DNA of 64,000 nt from Acidimicrobiaceae bacterium (GCA_947490975.1 CANLHV010000001.1:1580-65579), one strand, 5' to 3'; positions 46,720 to 56,941 are shown, counted from the stretch's first letter. Numbers and translations are program-made. Notes: generated from the letters alone by a model not told the origin.

Positions 46720-47940
46720 TCAGTTGGGTTTTGGTTCTTTAGGCAAACCGAGCACCATCTCGCCAATGATGTTGCGTTGAACTTGCGACGAACCCGCATA
46801 AATCGTGCCGGCACGAGCATTCAAAAATGTCATTGCCCAACTCATCGAACTATTTTTTGCGCCAGCCTCGTCAGTTTGAAAAGTTGTCATTGGTTTGCGA
46901 CCCACAGGCACAAGACCATCAGCGCCAAGAATATCCATTGCTAATTCTGTGACTGTCTTGTGATATTCACTCCAATAAAGCTTCGAGATCGCGCCGTCTG
47001 GCCCGGGGTGATGTCCTGCGACAAACTTCGTCAATGTGCGCATACCGAGATATCTCATTATCTGCACTTTGCCATAGCAGTCGCTCAACCTCTGGCGAAT
47101 TCGAGGATCGTTAGCTACACCGCGTTGTTGAGCCAAGGCGATCAGACGATCAATTTCGGCTTGATACCTGATCGAAAGTGTCGCTGCGGCTTCGCCACGC
47201 TCATAGCCCAGTAATGACATTGCTACAGCCCAACCATTATTAATGCCACCAACGATGTTTTCTTTTGGACAGGTCACATCTGTATAGAAAACTTCGTTGA
47301 ATTCGCTCTCACCAGAAAGCATCTTGATTGGTCTCACTTCAATGCCTGGCTGACGCATATCAACCAACATGAAAGAAATACCTTTATGTTTTGGTGCGTC
47401 AGGGTTGGTGCGTGCGAGCGTAAAAATATGAGTTGCATACTGCCCGGCTGAAGTCCAAATTTTTTGTCCATTCAAAACAAACTGATCACCGTCAAGGGTT
47501 GCCTTCAAGCCAACGTTGCCAAGATCAGAGCCCGCGTTTGGCTCGCTATACCCCTGACACCAAACATCTTGTCCTGAAATAATTCTCGGTAAGTAGTAGC
47601 GCTTTTGTTCTTCGGTTCCCCAGATCAGCAACGTATTGCCAAGCATCTGAATGCCGAACGTGTCGTTGAACGAACCGGTCGGCACACCAGCGCGAGCAAA
47701 CTCTTCGGCGACAATCACTTGTTCGAGTGCTGACAGACCACCACCGCCGTATTCGACTGGCCAACCAGGTGCAAGGTACGGACTTGACGCCAAAACATTG
47801 CGCCACTCGGCGACAAAATCTTCGACTGCTTTGCCTTCCATTGAACCGATGCCTTGCCAGTTAGACGGAAGTTTCTCGGCTAAGAATGCTTGGACTTTCT
47901 CGCGATATTCTTCGGCTTGAAGTTCGTAGACCGGTCTCAT
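46720..47940 (-). CDS. Acyl-CoA dehydrogenase family protein
   Basis: CQGYSEPNAGSD, QKIWTSAG and YAGSSQVQRNIIGE are typical ACAD motifs. Length is 406 aa. Confidence 0.9.
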   Translation of the reverse strand: MRPVYELQAEEYREKVQAFLAEKLPSNWQGIGSMEGKAVEDFVAEWRNVLASSPYLAPGWPVEYGGGGLSALEQVIVAEEFARAGVPTGSFNDTFGIQMLGNTLLIWGTEEQKRYYLPRIISGQDVWCQGYSEPNAGSDLGNVGLKATLDGDQFVLNGQKIWTSAGQYATHIFTLARTNPDAPKHKGISFMLVDMRQPGIEVRPIKMLSGESEFNEVFYTDVTCPKENIVGGINNGWAVAMSLLGYERGEAAATLSIRYQAEIDRLIALAQQRGVANDPRIRQRLSDCYGKVQIMRYLGMRTLTKFVAGHHPGPDGAISKLYWSEYHKTVTELAMDILGADGLVPVGRKPMTTFQTDEAGAKNSSMSWAMTFLNARAGTIYAGSSQVQRNIIGEMVLGLPKEPKPN

Positions 47941-48797
47941 GTTTCACAGCCTAGATTGCGGGCCACTGCTGCTGCCCCAACGAGCGGCGAAAGCGGGCCA
48001 AGCCCTGCAGGACAAACCGTAAATCCTTGAACAAAGCCGATCTTCGCCGACCGGTCTAATTCGCTTTGAACCGACTCAAAAAATGGTTTACCAAAGCCAA
48101 GAGCAACTGAACCAGCGATCACAGCACTTCGCAAATCGATGGCAGCACCAACACTCACCAAAGCACGCGCAACGAGTCGACCTGTTTCGGCGATCACCTG
48201 TGCACTTGCTTGCGCCGCAGGCTTGCCGGTTATCGCCTCAATCGACCGACCCGAAGCGTGAGCCTCGAGACAACCGTGCGAACCGCACGCACATAGCCTG
48301 CCATCGGGAACGACAATCACATGACCGATGTGTCCGGCATTGCCACTGCGACCGTCCAAAACTTTGCCCCGTGAGATTATTCCGCCGCCAACGCCTGTAG
48401 ATACAACCATGCCAATCACATCTGTCTGGCCAGCAACTGCACCGCACCAAACTTCGCCCTGCACAAGAGCCTTGGCGTCGCCGTCTATATATACAGGCAG
48501 CTGAACCAACTCTTGCAACTTTGCTCGCAACGGAAAATCACGCCACTCAGGAATGTGAAGTGTCGATACGAGTTCACCGTGCGGCGCCATCGGTCCACCA
48601 CAGCCAACACCGCAAGCAATGAGATCGACGTTTGAGATGGCGATTTGTTCTCTTATTAGCTCTTGCAGCGCGCCCCAGACATTTACTTGGGGCGTTAGCG
48701 CTCGCCCGTGCGACAACACCTCGCCGGTTGTCGAAACTACGCCAACCGAGAGTTTGGTGCCACCAATATCAACTGCAAGATAGCCGCGCTGACTCAC
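47937..48797 (-). CDS. ROK family sugar kinase/regulator-type protein
   Basis: It has the ATP-binding motif LAVDIGGTKLSVGVV and the ROK zinc motif CACGSHGCLEAHASG. Confidence 0.85.
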   Translation of the reverse strand: MSQRGYLAVDIGGTKLSVGVVSTTGEVLSHGRALTPQVNVWGALQELIREQIAISNVDLIACGVGCGGPMAPHGELVSTLHIPEWRDFPLRAKLQELVQLPVYIDGDAKALVQGEVWCGAVAGQTDVIGMVVSTGVGGGIISRGKVLDGRSGNAGHIGHVIVVPDGRLCACGSHGCLEAHASGRSIEAITGKPAAQASAQVIAETGRLVARALVSVGAAIDLRSAVIAGSVALGFGKPFFESVQSELDRSAKIGFVQGFTVCPAGLGPLSPLVGAAAVARNLGCET

Positions 48798-48806
48798 GCG
48801 AAATCT

Positions 48807-49160
48807 TTACCGTTCGCGCGTGAATTTATCGCGCATGCGCTGCGCGTTAGCGCGTTGAGCGCGCAGTGATTCGGCGACATCGCGAATGCCAACTTTTGAC
48901 ATCGCACGCAACTGACGCTCGACGATTAATGCACAACCAAGCATCGCCAAAAAACCGGCGAATGCAAAAAGAAAATGAAACTGCAAGCCAACGATTGTCA
49001 ACCCGAGTGACGCAGCGATACCGACCCCAGCCCACCATGCGGTTCGAGCCGAGTGGCGATACAAGCCCTTTGATGAAACCGCTTGCGCAAATTTTTCGTC
49101 TGTCTTGAGATCTTGCTCAATTTGCCGAAGAATCTGTTGCTCGTTATCTGATAGTGGCAA
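48807..49160 (-). CDS. DUF3040 domain-containing membrane protein
   Basis: MPLSDNEQQILRQIEQDL is followed by two TM spans, the typical actinobacterial DUF3040 layout. Confidence 0.8.
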   Translation of the reverse strand: MPLSDNEQQILRQIEQDLKTDEKFAQAVSSKGLYRHSARTAWWAGVGIAASLGLTIVGLQFHFLFAFAGFLAMLGCALIVERQLRAMSKVGIRDVAESLRAQRANAQRMRDKFTRER

Positions 49161-49232
49161 GGTGCCTCCGATTAGAAAATTTCAATCTATATCTTCTCAC
49201 GATTGTACGGATTACGCAAGACAAAATTTGCT

Positions 49233-50510
49233 CTAGTCAAGATCGCTCGGACCCCACTTGGATGCTCCTGGTTTGCGCTTGTTATTTAATGAACTTGCAG
49301 GTTTGATTGATGCATCTCCAAATTTGTGCCTAATGTCATCAACTGCTGACGTCGTCGAACTCCATGCTTCATCTAGTTCATTTGCCGTTGACGTTTCGGT
49401 TGTCTCACCAAACAGACTTAGTTGCATTTCGGGGGCCACCAAATTTCGCGCACTGATACCCAAAAGTCGAACACCACCCGAAATATCTACTTCTCTCAGT
49501 AACGGCTCAATTAGTCGCATCATCGCCTGCGCAGTTGTAACCGGAAACTCGACACTTGCCGCGCGAGTAATAATTCGAAAATCAGAAAACTTGAGTTTCA
49601 ATGAAATTGTGCGCGCGCCGACACCGGCACTGCGACATCGGGTCGAAACAGCATCGGCAAGACGCAGTAACTGATCGTGCGCAACATCAAATTCTTTGAT
49701 GTCTGACGAAAATGTCTCTTCGTGACCAATTGATTTTGCGTCACGGTCTGGTTCGACCAGCCTGTAATCGATGCCCTGCGACAACTCAAACAAATGTTGA
49801 CCGAGGGACTCTCCGAGAACATTGATCAAAATCTTGCGATCAAATTTCGCAAGATCACCGACAGTCTTTATCGAAAGAGCGGCAAGCTTTTCGAGTGTGA
49901 CCGGCCCCACCCCCCAGAGTGACTCGACTGCCAACGGATGTAGAAATTCAAGTTCGTGACCATATTGAACTTCGAAAACGCCGTGACCTGGCTCTACCCT
50001 TTCGCGACTTGCACGGGGCTTAGCAACAACTGAAGCAAGCTTTGCCAAAAATTTATTTGGCGCGACACCAACGCTGCATGTCAGTTCAGTTTGTTCTTTG
50101 ACGCGAGAACGAATTTCTTCACCTATCTTGACACCATCGCCCAACAAACGTCGCGCACCGGTGACATCTAGAAATGCCTCGTCAAGGGATAGCCCTTCAA
50201 CTAGCGGCGTGATCGTTTGGAAAATCTCAAATACTTCAGCGCTCACTTCTGAATAAAGATCGTGATCGCCCGGCAAAAAAATCGCCTGGGGGCAGAGTCG
50301 TTTTGCCTGAGCTGACGACATTGCCGAAAACACGCCGAACCTGCGAGCCTCATATGACGCGGCCGCAACAACACCACGAGCGCCATCTCCTCCAACGACT
50401 ACCGGCAGACCACGCAGTTTTGGATTTCTGCGCAACTCGACAGCGACATAGAACATATCCATATCGACATGCAAAATCGTTTTTACCGCTTCAGGTGGCG
50501 AAGTCTTCAC
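49233..50510 (-). CDS. dinB: DNA polymerase IV (Y-family)
   Basis: ILHVDMDMFYVAVELRRNPKLRGLPVVVGG, SLDEAFLDVTG and a little-finger region are present. Length is 425 aa. Confidence 0.9.
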   Translation of the reverse strand: MKTSPPEAVKTILHVDMDMFYVAVELRRNPKLRGLPVVVGGDGARGVVAAASYEARRFGVFSAMSSAQAKRLCPQAIFLPGDHDLYSEVSAEVFEIFQTITPLVEGLSLDEAFLDVTGARRLLGDGVKIGEEIRSRVKEQTELTCSVGVAPNKFLAKLASVVAKPRASRERVEPGHGVFEVQYGHELEFLHPLAVESLWGVGPVTLEKLAALSIKTVGDLAKFDRKILINVLGESLGQHLFELSQGIDYRLVEPDRDAKSIGHEETFSSDIKEFDVAHDQLLRLADAVSTRCRSAGVGARTISLKLKFSDFRIITRAASVEFPVTTAQAMMRLIEPLLREVDISGGVRLLGISARNLVAPEMQLSLFGETTETSTANELDEAWSSTTSAVDDIRHKFGDASIKPASSLNNKRKPGASKWGPSDLD

Positions 50511-50540
50511 GATTCAAACGCTAGTCATAAACTCTTAACC

Positions 50541-50804
50541 ATGAGCCAACAAGACCGTCGTCTATCGGCACTGCCGTCAGTGTTAGCACGCGTCGTTGCT
50601 TTCGTCTCGATAATTGTCGCTGGCTTTGCAGGCGCACTGATTGGTTTTACTCTCATAGATCTTCAGTGCCAAGGCGCCTGCGATGTACCAAATTCAATTG
50701 GACTAATTCTCGGCGCAATCACCGGAGCATTCGGCATGGGAGTCGTTGCAGTGTTGGTTTTGCGTGCAACAGGAGAATGGAAAGAACTTGAGGATCGAAA
50801 GTGA
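50541..50804 (+). CDS. Hypothetical small membrane protein
   Basis: It is 87 aa with two hydrophobic spans. I trimmed the start to ATG 50541 to clear dinB. Its stop overlaps the GTG start of the next gene (GTGA). Confidence 0.5.
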   Translation: MSQQDRRLSALPSVLARVVAFVSIIVAGFAGALIGFTLIDLQCQGACDVPNSIGLILGAITGAFGMGVVAVLVLRATGEWKELEDRK

Positions 50805-51610
50805 CCGACGGACTTGATCCACAACTAGCCCAAGAGCTGCTCGAGATGTGCAAGACCATGGCTAACACGGGCGGCAAAAAAGCGTTGGCCGGCCGTCTCT
50901 CTGGGCTGAGTCAAGTTGAAACAAAAACAACCAGCACCGACATGGTCACCGAGTTCGATCGTGCAACTGAAAAATACATTGTTGACGAAATTCGTAGCCG
51001 CCGACCTGATGACTCGATCATCGGCGAAGAAGGTGCTTCGATCTCGGGCACAAGCGGCATCACTTGGTGTATCGACCCCATAGACGGAACCACAAATTTT
51101 CTTTATGCGCTACCAGGTTGGAGCGTCTCTATCGGCGTTAGCGACGAAAACGGACCACTGGTCGGCGTCGTTTACATACCCGCACTTGATGAAATGTTTC
51201 ATGCGGTGCGAAACCAAGGCGCATTTTTAAACAACAAACGAATTTTTTGCAACGACACCAGCGATCTGTCAAAAGCACTTGTTTGCACGGGCTTCAGCTA
51301 TTCGCCAGAACAGCGAACAATTCAATCTCGGCGCGTAGCAAAACTCATTCACCAAGTGCGCGATATTCGACGCTTTGGCGCAGCCAGCATCGACATTTGT
51401 TTTGTCGCATGCGGCAGGCTCGACGCCTATTTCGAAGAAAACTTGCACCAGTGGGATATCGCGGCTGCCGAACTGATAGCAATCGAATCTGGCGCACGAT
51501 CCGGCAACTTTTCAGGCGGCCCTTCTACGCCCAAAGAGTTCATGGTTACGTGCACTGCCATGTTTGACAAGCTCAGCAATTTAGTAATCGCTAGTTCTTC
51601 GAAAGATTGA
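50801..51610 (+). CDS. Inositol monophosphatase family protein (SuhB/ImpA/HisN/CysQ type)
   Basis: The IMPase signatures DMVTEFD and WCIDPIDGTTNF are present. A GAGGA Shine-Dalgarno lies 6 nt before the GTG start. Confidence 0.85.
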   Translation: MTDGLDPQLAQELLEMCKTMANTGGKKALAGRLSGLSQVETKTTSTDMVTEFDRATEKYIVDEIRSRRPDDSIIGEEGASISGTSGITWCIDPIDGTTNFLYALPGWSVSIGVSDENGPLVGVVYIPALDEMFHAVRNQGAFLNNKRIFCNDTSDLSKALVCTGFSYSPEQRTIQSRRVAKLIHQVRDIRRFGAASIDICFVACGRLDAYFEENLHQWDIAAAELIAIESGARSGNFSGGPSTPKEFMVTCTAMFDKLSNLVIASSSKD

Positions 51611-51620
51611 GACATCGTTC

Positions 51621-53075
51621 GTGGGCGTAGTAGTCGCAATCGATGCCGGCACTACCGGTGTGAGATCTCGCGTTTTGCGAACGACGGGTTTGTCTGAAAT
51701 AAGTTCATATCGCGAATTCACGCAGTACTTTCCGCAACCTGGTTGGGTTGAGCATGATGCCGACGAGATATGGCAAGCAGTATTGGCGACTTTGCAAGAG
51801 GTCATCAGTCAATTGAATGAGCCAGTCGTTGCGATCGGCATAACCAACCAACGCGAGACAGTCGTCGCATGGAGTAAAAAAACTGGCAAACCGTATGGCT
51901 CGGCAATTGTATGGCAAGACCGTCGCACTGCTGATCGCTGTGCAGAACTCGCCGAGCATCTGCTAGTCGTTAGACAACAAACCGGTCTAGTTCTTGACCC
52001 ATATTTCTCGGGCACAAAATTTGAGTGGTTGATCAAAAATCGCGAAATTAAAGTCGACCAAGATTTGTGTCTTGGCACAATCGACTCATGGTTGATTTTT
52101 AAGTTGTCTGGCCAAAAGAAATTTGTAACTGACGTTACGAATGCAAGCCGCACAATGTTGTTCGATATCAACAAAATGTGTTGGAGTGAAGAACTTTGCG
52201 GCCTGCTCGACGTGCCAATCAAGAATTTGCCGACTGTATTGCCTTCAAGTGGACGATTTGGAGAAACCATAGAACACGGTGCGCTGCGAGCAGGCATTGC
52301 AATTTCTGGAGTCGCCGGCGATCAGCAAGCAGCACTGTTCGGGCAAGCATGCTTTAGCGCTGGCGCGACCAAAAATACATACGGCACCGGCAGTTTCGTT
52401 TTGATGAATGTTGGCAATCAGTGCCCACAGCCTCAAACCGGAATCTTGACAACTGTCGCTTGGCAACTTGAAACTCAAAAACCTGTTTACGCACTTGAAG
52501 GCGCAATTTTTGTGACTGGTGCTGCGATTCAGTGGTTGCGCGACGGCCTAAATATTATTGATCACGCAAGCGAGATCGGCCCTCTTGCCCAATCAGTCGA
52601 AGATTCTGGTGGTGTGGTTTTGGTGCCAGCATTTGCAGGCCTCGGTAGCCCATGGTGGGACCCATACGCTCGCGGTTCAATTTTCGGAATAACACGCGGC
52701 ACAACTCGCGCCCACATCGCGCGTGCAACAATTGAATCAATAGTTTTTCAAACTCGCGACGTGGTCGAGTCAATGAGCGTTGCATCTGGCGTAAAAGTAA
52801 AAGACTTGCGCGTCGACGGTGGCGCTGCAGTTGTCGATTTCATGTTGCAACTTCAAGCAGACCACTTGGGTGTTGCTGTTTTGCGACCCAAACAACTTGA
52901 AACTACTGCAATGGGCGCCGGTTTTTTGGCAGGACTAAGCGAAAAGGTTTGGAGCTCAACAGACGAGATCTCACAGGCGTGGCAACTTGACCAAAAATTC
53001 GAGCCAAAAAATGTCGCCGTGGGTTACGACGCTTGGCGGACCGCAGTTAAACGTTCAATGAATTGGATTAACTAA
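51621..53075 (+). CDS. glpK: Glycerol kinase
   Basis: GITNQRETVVAW, VWQDRRT, DPYFSGTKFEWL, GDQQAALFG and NTYGTGSF are present. All glycerol-binding positions known from E. coli GlpK are conserved. Confidence 0.9.
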   Translation: MGVVVAIDAGTTGVRSRVLRTTGLSEISSYREFTQYFPQPGWVEHDADEIWQAVLATLQEVISQLNEPVVAIGITNQRETVVAWSKKTGKPYGSAIVWQDRRTADRCAELAEHLLVVRQQTGLVLDPYFSGTKFEWLIKNREIKVDQDLCLGTIDSWLIFKLSGQKKFVTDVTNASRTMLFDINKMCWSEELCGLLDVPIKNLPTVLPSSGRFGETIEHGALRAGIAISGVAGDQQAALFGQACFSAGATKNTYGTGSFVLMNVGNQCPQPQTGILTTVAWQLETQKPVYALEGAIFVTGAAIQWLRDGLNIIDHASEIGPLAQSVEDSGGVVLVPAFAGLGSPWWDPYARGSIFGITRGTTRAHIARATIESIVFQTRDVVESMSVASGVKVKDLRVDGGAAVVDFMLQLQADHLGVAVLRPKQLETTAMGAGFLAGLSEKVWSSTDEISQAWQLDQKFEPKNVAVGYDAWRTAVKRSMNWIN

Positions 53076-53932
53076 ACACCAGCGCCCAAAAGCGCCGCGC
53101 CGATTGCACCCGCGTGTTCACCGAGTTGTGCAACACGCAACTCTGGATGAGCACGATTATCGGGCGCATAAAGCAACTCTTTAAACCACTTCTTTACGTA
53201 AGGCATCACTGAATCTGCGGCTTCAGCCATGCCACCACCGATGACTATTACATTCGGGTCAGTGATGTTGGTGAGATTAACCAAACCAATTGCGACCCAT
53301 CGACCAAAAGTATCTAAATAGCCGAGCGCTTGTTTATCGCCGGCAACCGCACGTGCGATAACTTCTTCGCCGCGTTCGCCGCCGGCGATAGTGGCAAGAC
53401 CAGAGCCAGATGCGTAACGCTCCCAACAGCCGCGTTGTCCGCACTTGCAAAGAATGCCTTGAGATTCGACAACCATGTGGCCGATCTCTCCGGCAAAGCC
53501 GTGACTACCCCGTTGCAACTTCGAACCTGAAACAAAACCGCCGCCGATGCCCGTGCCCAAAGTAACCATCCACATATCGGTTGCACCGCGTCCGGCACCA
53601 AACTGCCACTCAGCGTGCGCGGCGGATGTTGCGTCATTTTCAACATCGACAGCGTGGCCTAATTCTTTTTCGAGTTGCGAACGAAGATCGAGTTCAATAG
53701 CGCCGGTCAAATTCGGTGACTCGCGCACAATGCCTTCAGGCGTGATCATGCCTGGCACACCGACACCTAAAGTTTTATACGCACCGAGTTCGCGAGCGAT
53801 ATCTGCCAGCGTTGCAACTAGATCATCGGCGTGTGGCGTCGGACGACGCACCGAAGAAACGATCTGCCCGTCTTCGAACAGAACCCCGAGACATTTTGTT
53901 CCGCCGACATCGATGCCGGCAACAGCCGTCAC
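53072..53932 (-). CDS. ROK family glucokinase
   Basis: VAGIDVGGTKCLGV and CKCGQRGCWERYASG (the ROK zinc motif) are present. The start is GTG. Confidence 0.85.
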   Translation of the reverse strand: MTAVAGIDVGGTKCLGVLFEDGQIVSSVRRPTPHADDLVATLADIARELGAYKTLGVGVPGMITPEGIVRESPNLTGAIELDLRSQLEKELGHAVDVENDATSAAHAEWQFGAGRGATDMWMVTLGTGIGGGFVSGSKLQRGSHGFAGEIGHMVVESQGILCKCGQRGCWERYASGSGLATIAGGERGEEVIARAVAGDKQALGYLDTFGRWVAIGLVNLTNITDPNVIVIGGGMAEAADSVMPYVKKWFKELLYAPDNRAHPELRVAQLGEHAGAIGAALLGAGV

Positions 53933-54360
53933 GATTCGCAGCGAGCCTTTAGTTCTTTCAGGGTATGCAGAATTCGGCCTTCGGCCCTGCGCTTAATGAA
54001 ACCCGGAAGTGGAACTATCAACTCAACCGACAGCGAATAAGTAACTTTTGTGTTCGCTTCTGATTGCTCGAATTTGTATGACCCATCAATCGATCTCATG
54101 ATGTCACCCTGCGCGAGATGCCATGAAATCTGTTTCGGTGCATTCGCATAATCGTATTTCAATGTGTAGTGAGTGCTGCGACCCAATGCCGAAGCGCGAT
54201 ATTCAACCAACACTGGCCGATTCTGTGAGTCGCGCTCGCGAACAAGTGCCTCTTTGACATCTGGAGCCCACTCTGGATATCTCTCGACGTCAATCGCTAC
54301 ATCAAAACACTTTTCGGCAGACGCAGCAATTAGTTCTGTTTCAGATGCTGAATCAACCAC
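53929..54360 (-). CDS. SRPBCC (START/polyketide cyclase-dehydrase-like) family protein
   Basis: It is 143 aa, with a VERYPEWAPDV-type motif. It lies near the pimB' homolog, as Rv2185c does in M. tuberculosis. Confidence 0.8.
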   Translation of the reverse strand: MVDSASETELIAASAEKCFDVAIDVERYPEWAPDVKEALVRERDSQNRPVLVEYRASALGRSTHYTLKYDYANAPKQISWHLAQGDIMRSIDGSYKFEQSEANTKVTYSLSVELIVPLPGFIKRRAEGRILHTLKELKARCES

Positions 54361-54411
54361 ACATATATTTAAGCACGATTGTGCGTCTATTGGGACACTG
54401 CCAGACGATGA

Positions 54412-55536
54412 TTATTTAACGCTCAGAACCTGCCCTAGTTTTAAGGCAAGTTTGTCGTAGTCAAACAGGTTTTCGGCTCGCAATCGCGATGCTTGACCCA
54501 TCTTCAAAAGTTGCGACTTATCGACCAACAACCGACGCAAACTTGACACAACATCGTCAACTCGCGTCGGGTCTTCGACGATTAGACCAGTTATGTTGTG
54601 ATCAACAGCATCTGATGCGCCGCCACTGCGACCTGCAATTTGCGGCACGCCACACGCTGCGGCTTCGGCGAATACGATGCCAAAACCTTCTTGCTCAAGA
54701 CCCATCCACCGGGATCGACACAACATCGCATTTATATCAGCGCATCCATAAAGTTTTGGCAGGTCATCGTCTGAAACTCGACCCAGAAAAGTTGTCGGCG
54801 ACATCAATTCACGTGCGATTCTTTCTAGGCGTGCACGGTCGCGACCATCGCCACCAACAATCAAACGCAATTTTGGAAACTCAATTGCTAATCGCGCAAC
54901 TGCCCTAATCAACACATCGAAACCCTTGCGTGGCACTAGTCGGCTGATGCCGACGATTAACTCGGCATCTTCAGCTACACCAAATTGTTTACGAGCCTCG
55001 ATTCTTTGCTCGGATGAAAGAACTTTGAATCTCTGAATATCGACACCGGGTGTGATTACTTCTATTCGCTTAGATGAGCGACAAACTCGAGATGCTTCTG
55101 CAGCCGGATAACTTCCGGATGCAATAATAAGTTCGGCGTTGTTTAAAACCCGAGCGAGCAAGCGCGACACAACTGGTAGCCGACCAGGCACCACTATTTC
55201 GGCGCCGTGCAGAACGACTGCGTAGGGCAAATTTAAGTTCGGGCCAATCAGACCAAGCGGCAACGCCGGGTCTAAAACAACAAGTTCTGCGCCAAATTGT
55301 TTAGCCATCTTGTTGATCTTGTGAACCATCAACGGGTGCGGCAACAAAACCGGCTCACGCGTTCGACGAATTTCAAAACTTTGAGCAGCATCAAATTGCT
55401 TGCTACCAGAATATGGGCTCGTCAGAACCGCAAAACTCTCAGATGGCAATCGCCGCCACCACTCATACAACAAGTTTTGAATGCCACCAATTTTTGGCGG
55501 AAAATCATTTGTGACTAAAAGATGTTTCACTACCAC
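54412..55536 (-). CDS. pimB: GT4 glycosyltransferase, PimB'-like (phosphatidylinositol monomannoside mannosyltransferase)
   Basis: LLVTNDFPPKIGGIQNLL, ISRLVPRKGFDVLIRAV and EGFGIVFAEAAACGVPQIAGRSGGA closely resemble my memory of Rv2188c. Confidence 0.65.
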   Translation of the reverse strand: MVVKHLLVTNDFPPKIGGIQNLLYEWWRRLPSESFAVLTSPYSGSKQFDAAQSFEIRRTREPVLLPHPLMVHKINKMAKQFGAELVVLDPALPLGLIGPNLNLPYAVVLHGAEIVVPGRLPVVSRLLARVLNNAELIIASGSYPAAEASRVCRSSKRIEVITPGVDIQRFKVLSSEQRIEARKQFGVAEDAELIVGISRLVPRKGFDVLIRAVARLAIEFPKLRLIVGGDGRDRARLERIARELMSPTTFLGRVSDDDLPKLYGCADINAMLCRSRWMGLEQEGFGIVFAEAAACGVPQIAGRSGGASDAVDHNITGLIVEDPTRVDDVVSSLRRLLVDKSQLLKMGQASRLRAENLFDYDKLALKLGQVLSVK

Positions 55537-56697
55537 TTACTTTACGCTCGGCAAAGATCGCAGTTCAGCCTGCACCAATTGATCGTCGTCAGTTTGATCA
55601 ATCATGTGGTTTAGACCCAAGCGCGCAGCAGCCCACACAGCGTGGGCGCGAAGCACAGGGTCTGCGTGATGCAAATATCTTTCTAGCAATTCAACAACAG
55701 TGCTATCGCTCGCCTCGCCAATATTGCCGAGAATGATCAGCGCATTACGCCGCAGCCACTTTGGGTTGCGGTCAGCGATATACCACGCACCAAAATCGCT
55801 CAGTAACGACTCATCGTCGTTGGTCAATATCGCGGCCACTGAAGCCCATGGTTTTGCAGGCTTGCGCACAATTGCAACTGTTGAATTTTCGGCTTTTCTC
55901 TCAAATCGAACGGTCGGTGGACAAACCTCTTGACAATCGTCGCAGCCATAGATTCGATCACCGAGCGCAACTCGATAGTCGCGATCAAATACACCAGGTT
56001 TTTGCAACAGCCATGCCAGACATTTGTTGGCATCAACTACACCAGGCGCGACAATCGCCTCAGTCGGACAGTTATCTAAACAACGCCGACACGACCCGCA
56101 ACCATCTTCGACTGGTTTGCTTGCAAAAGTAAGTTCAGCACTTGTGATCACACAGCCCAAAACAAAGTAACTGCCCGCACCAGAAATCAATAAATTTGAG
56201 TTCTTACCGAACCAACCGATGCCCGCTTGATATGCGACTTCACGATCGACAATTGCGTTGTCGTCGGCAAGCACGACCGCGCGATGGCCATCGAGAACGA
56301 GTTGTCGAGCAATTTCACCAAGTGACTGACGTAACTGCGCGTAATAATCTGACCATACGTATCTGGCAATTCGCGCCGAAAGTTTTTCTTCTTTTTCAGG
56401 AGTTTGCGCAAAAGAATTGACGCCAGAACTTGAATACGACAATGCACCAACGATTACTGACTGCGCAGAAGGCAACGTCTTGGTCGGGTCGGTGCTGCGC
56501 TCGGGATTGCGAAATGTGAACTGCATTTGATTATGCAGGCTCTGCGCTTTGCGCTGGTAAATTGCCTCACGTGCGCGATGCAAAACTGCGGCACTAGTGA
56601 CACCGACTTGATCGAGGCCGGCGGTTCGACCCAGGCTAAGCAGTTGGTCTGTGTAACTGGATTTGCTATTTGTACCTGGATCGTCAGCTAACTGCAC
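55537..56697 (-). CDS. queG: tRNA epoxyqueuosine(34) reductase
   Basis: It has two 4Fe-4S motifs (CGSCRRCLDNCPTEAI and CDDCQEVCP) and a C-terminal HEAT-like region (DPVLRAHAVWAAARLG). Confidence 0.85.
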   Translation of the reverse strand: MQLADDPGTNSKSSYTDQLLSLGRTAGLDQVGVTSAAVLHRAREAIYQRKAQSLHNQMQFTFRNPERSTDPTKTLPSAQSVIVGALSYSSSGVNSFAQTPEKEEKLSARIARYVWSDYYAQLRQSLGEIARQLVLDGHRAVVLADDNAIVDREVAYQAGIGWFGKNSNLLISGAGSYFVLGCVITSAELTFASKPVEDGCGSCRRCLDNCPTEAIVAPGVVDANKCLAWLLQKPGVFDRDYRVALGDRIYGCDDCQEVCPPTVRFERKAENSTVAIVRKPAKPWASVAAILTNDDESLLSDFGAWYIADRNPKWLRRNALIILGNIGEASDSTVVELLERYLHHADPVLRAHAVWAAARLGLNHMIDQTDDDQLVQAELRSLPSVK

Positions 56698-56941
56698 GAT
56701 GCCGAAGCGTAGGCACTAAACCGGCATTTGCCAGCATTCTTAGGGTTCTTTGCTCTTCAAGGTCTAAAACAACGGCCTGAGCACCCGAATCTTCGCAAAA
56801 AAACGAAACTACGCAGTCGTCGCAAGCGGCGCTCGCCCGCATCACGCAGTCGTCGCAGCTAATCGAAAGCACATCGACTGATGTCTCTGAATTGCCGGAC
56901 GCTGGGTTGCTAGTTGCAGTGATTGAGGGGAAATTTTGCAC
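56684..56941 (-). CDS. Hypothetical small Cys-rich protein (CxxC-x7-CxxC)
   Basis: It is an 85-codon ORF with a GTG start and AAGGAG about 10 nt upstream. The motif is SCDDCVMRASAACDDCVVSFFC. I do not recognise the family. Confidence 0.5.
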   Translation of the reverse strand: MQNFPSITATSNPASGNSETSVDVLSISCDDCVMRASAACDDCVVSFFCEDSGAQAVVLDLEEQRTLRMLANAGLVPTLRHRAVS

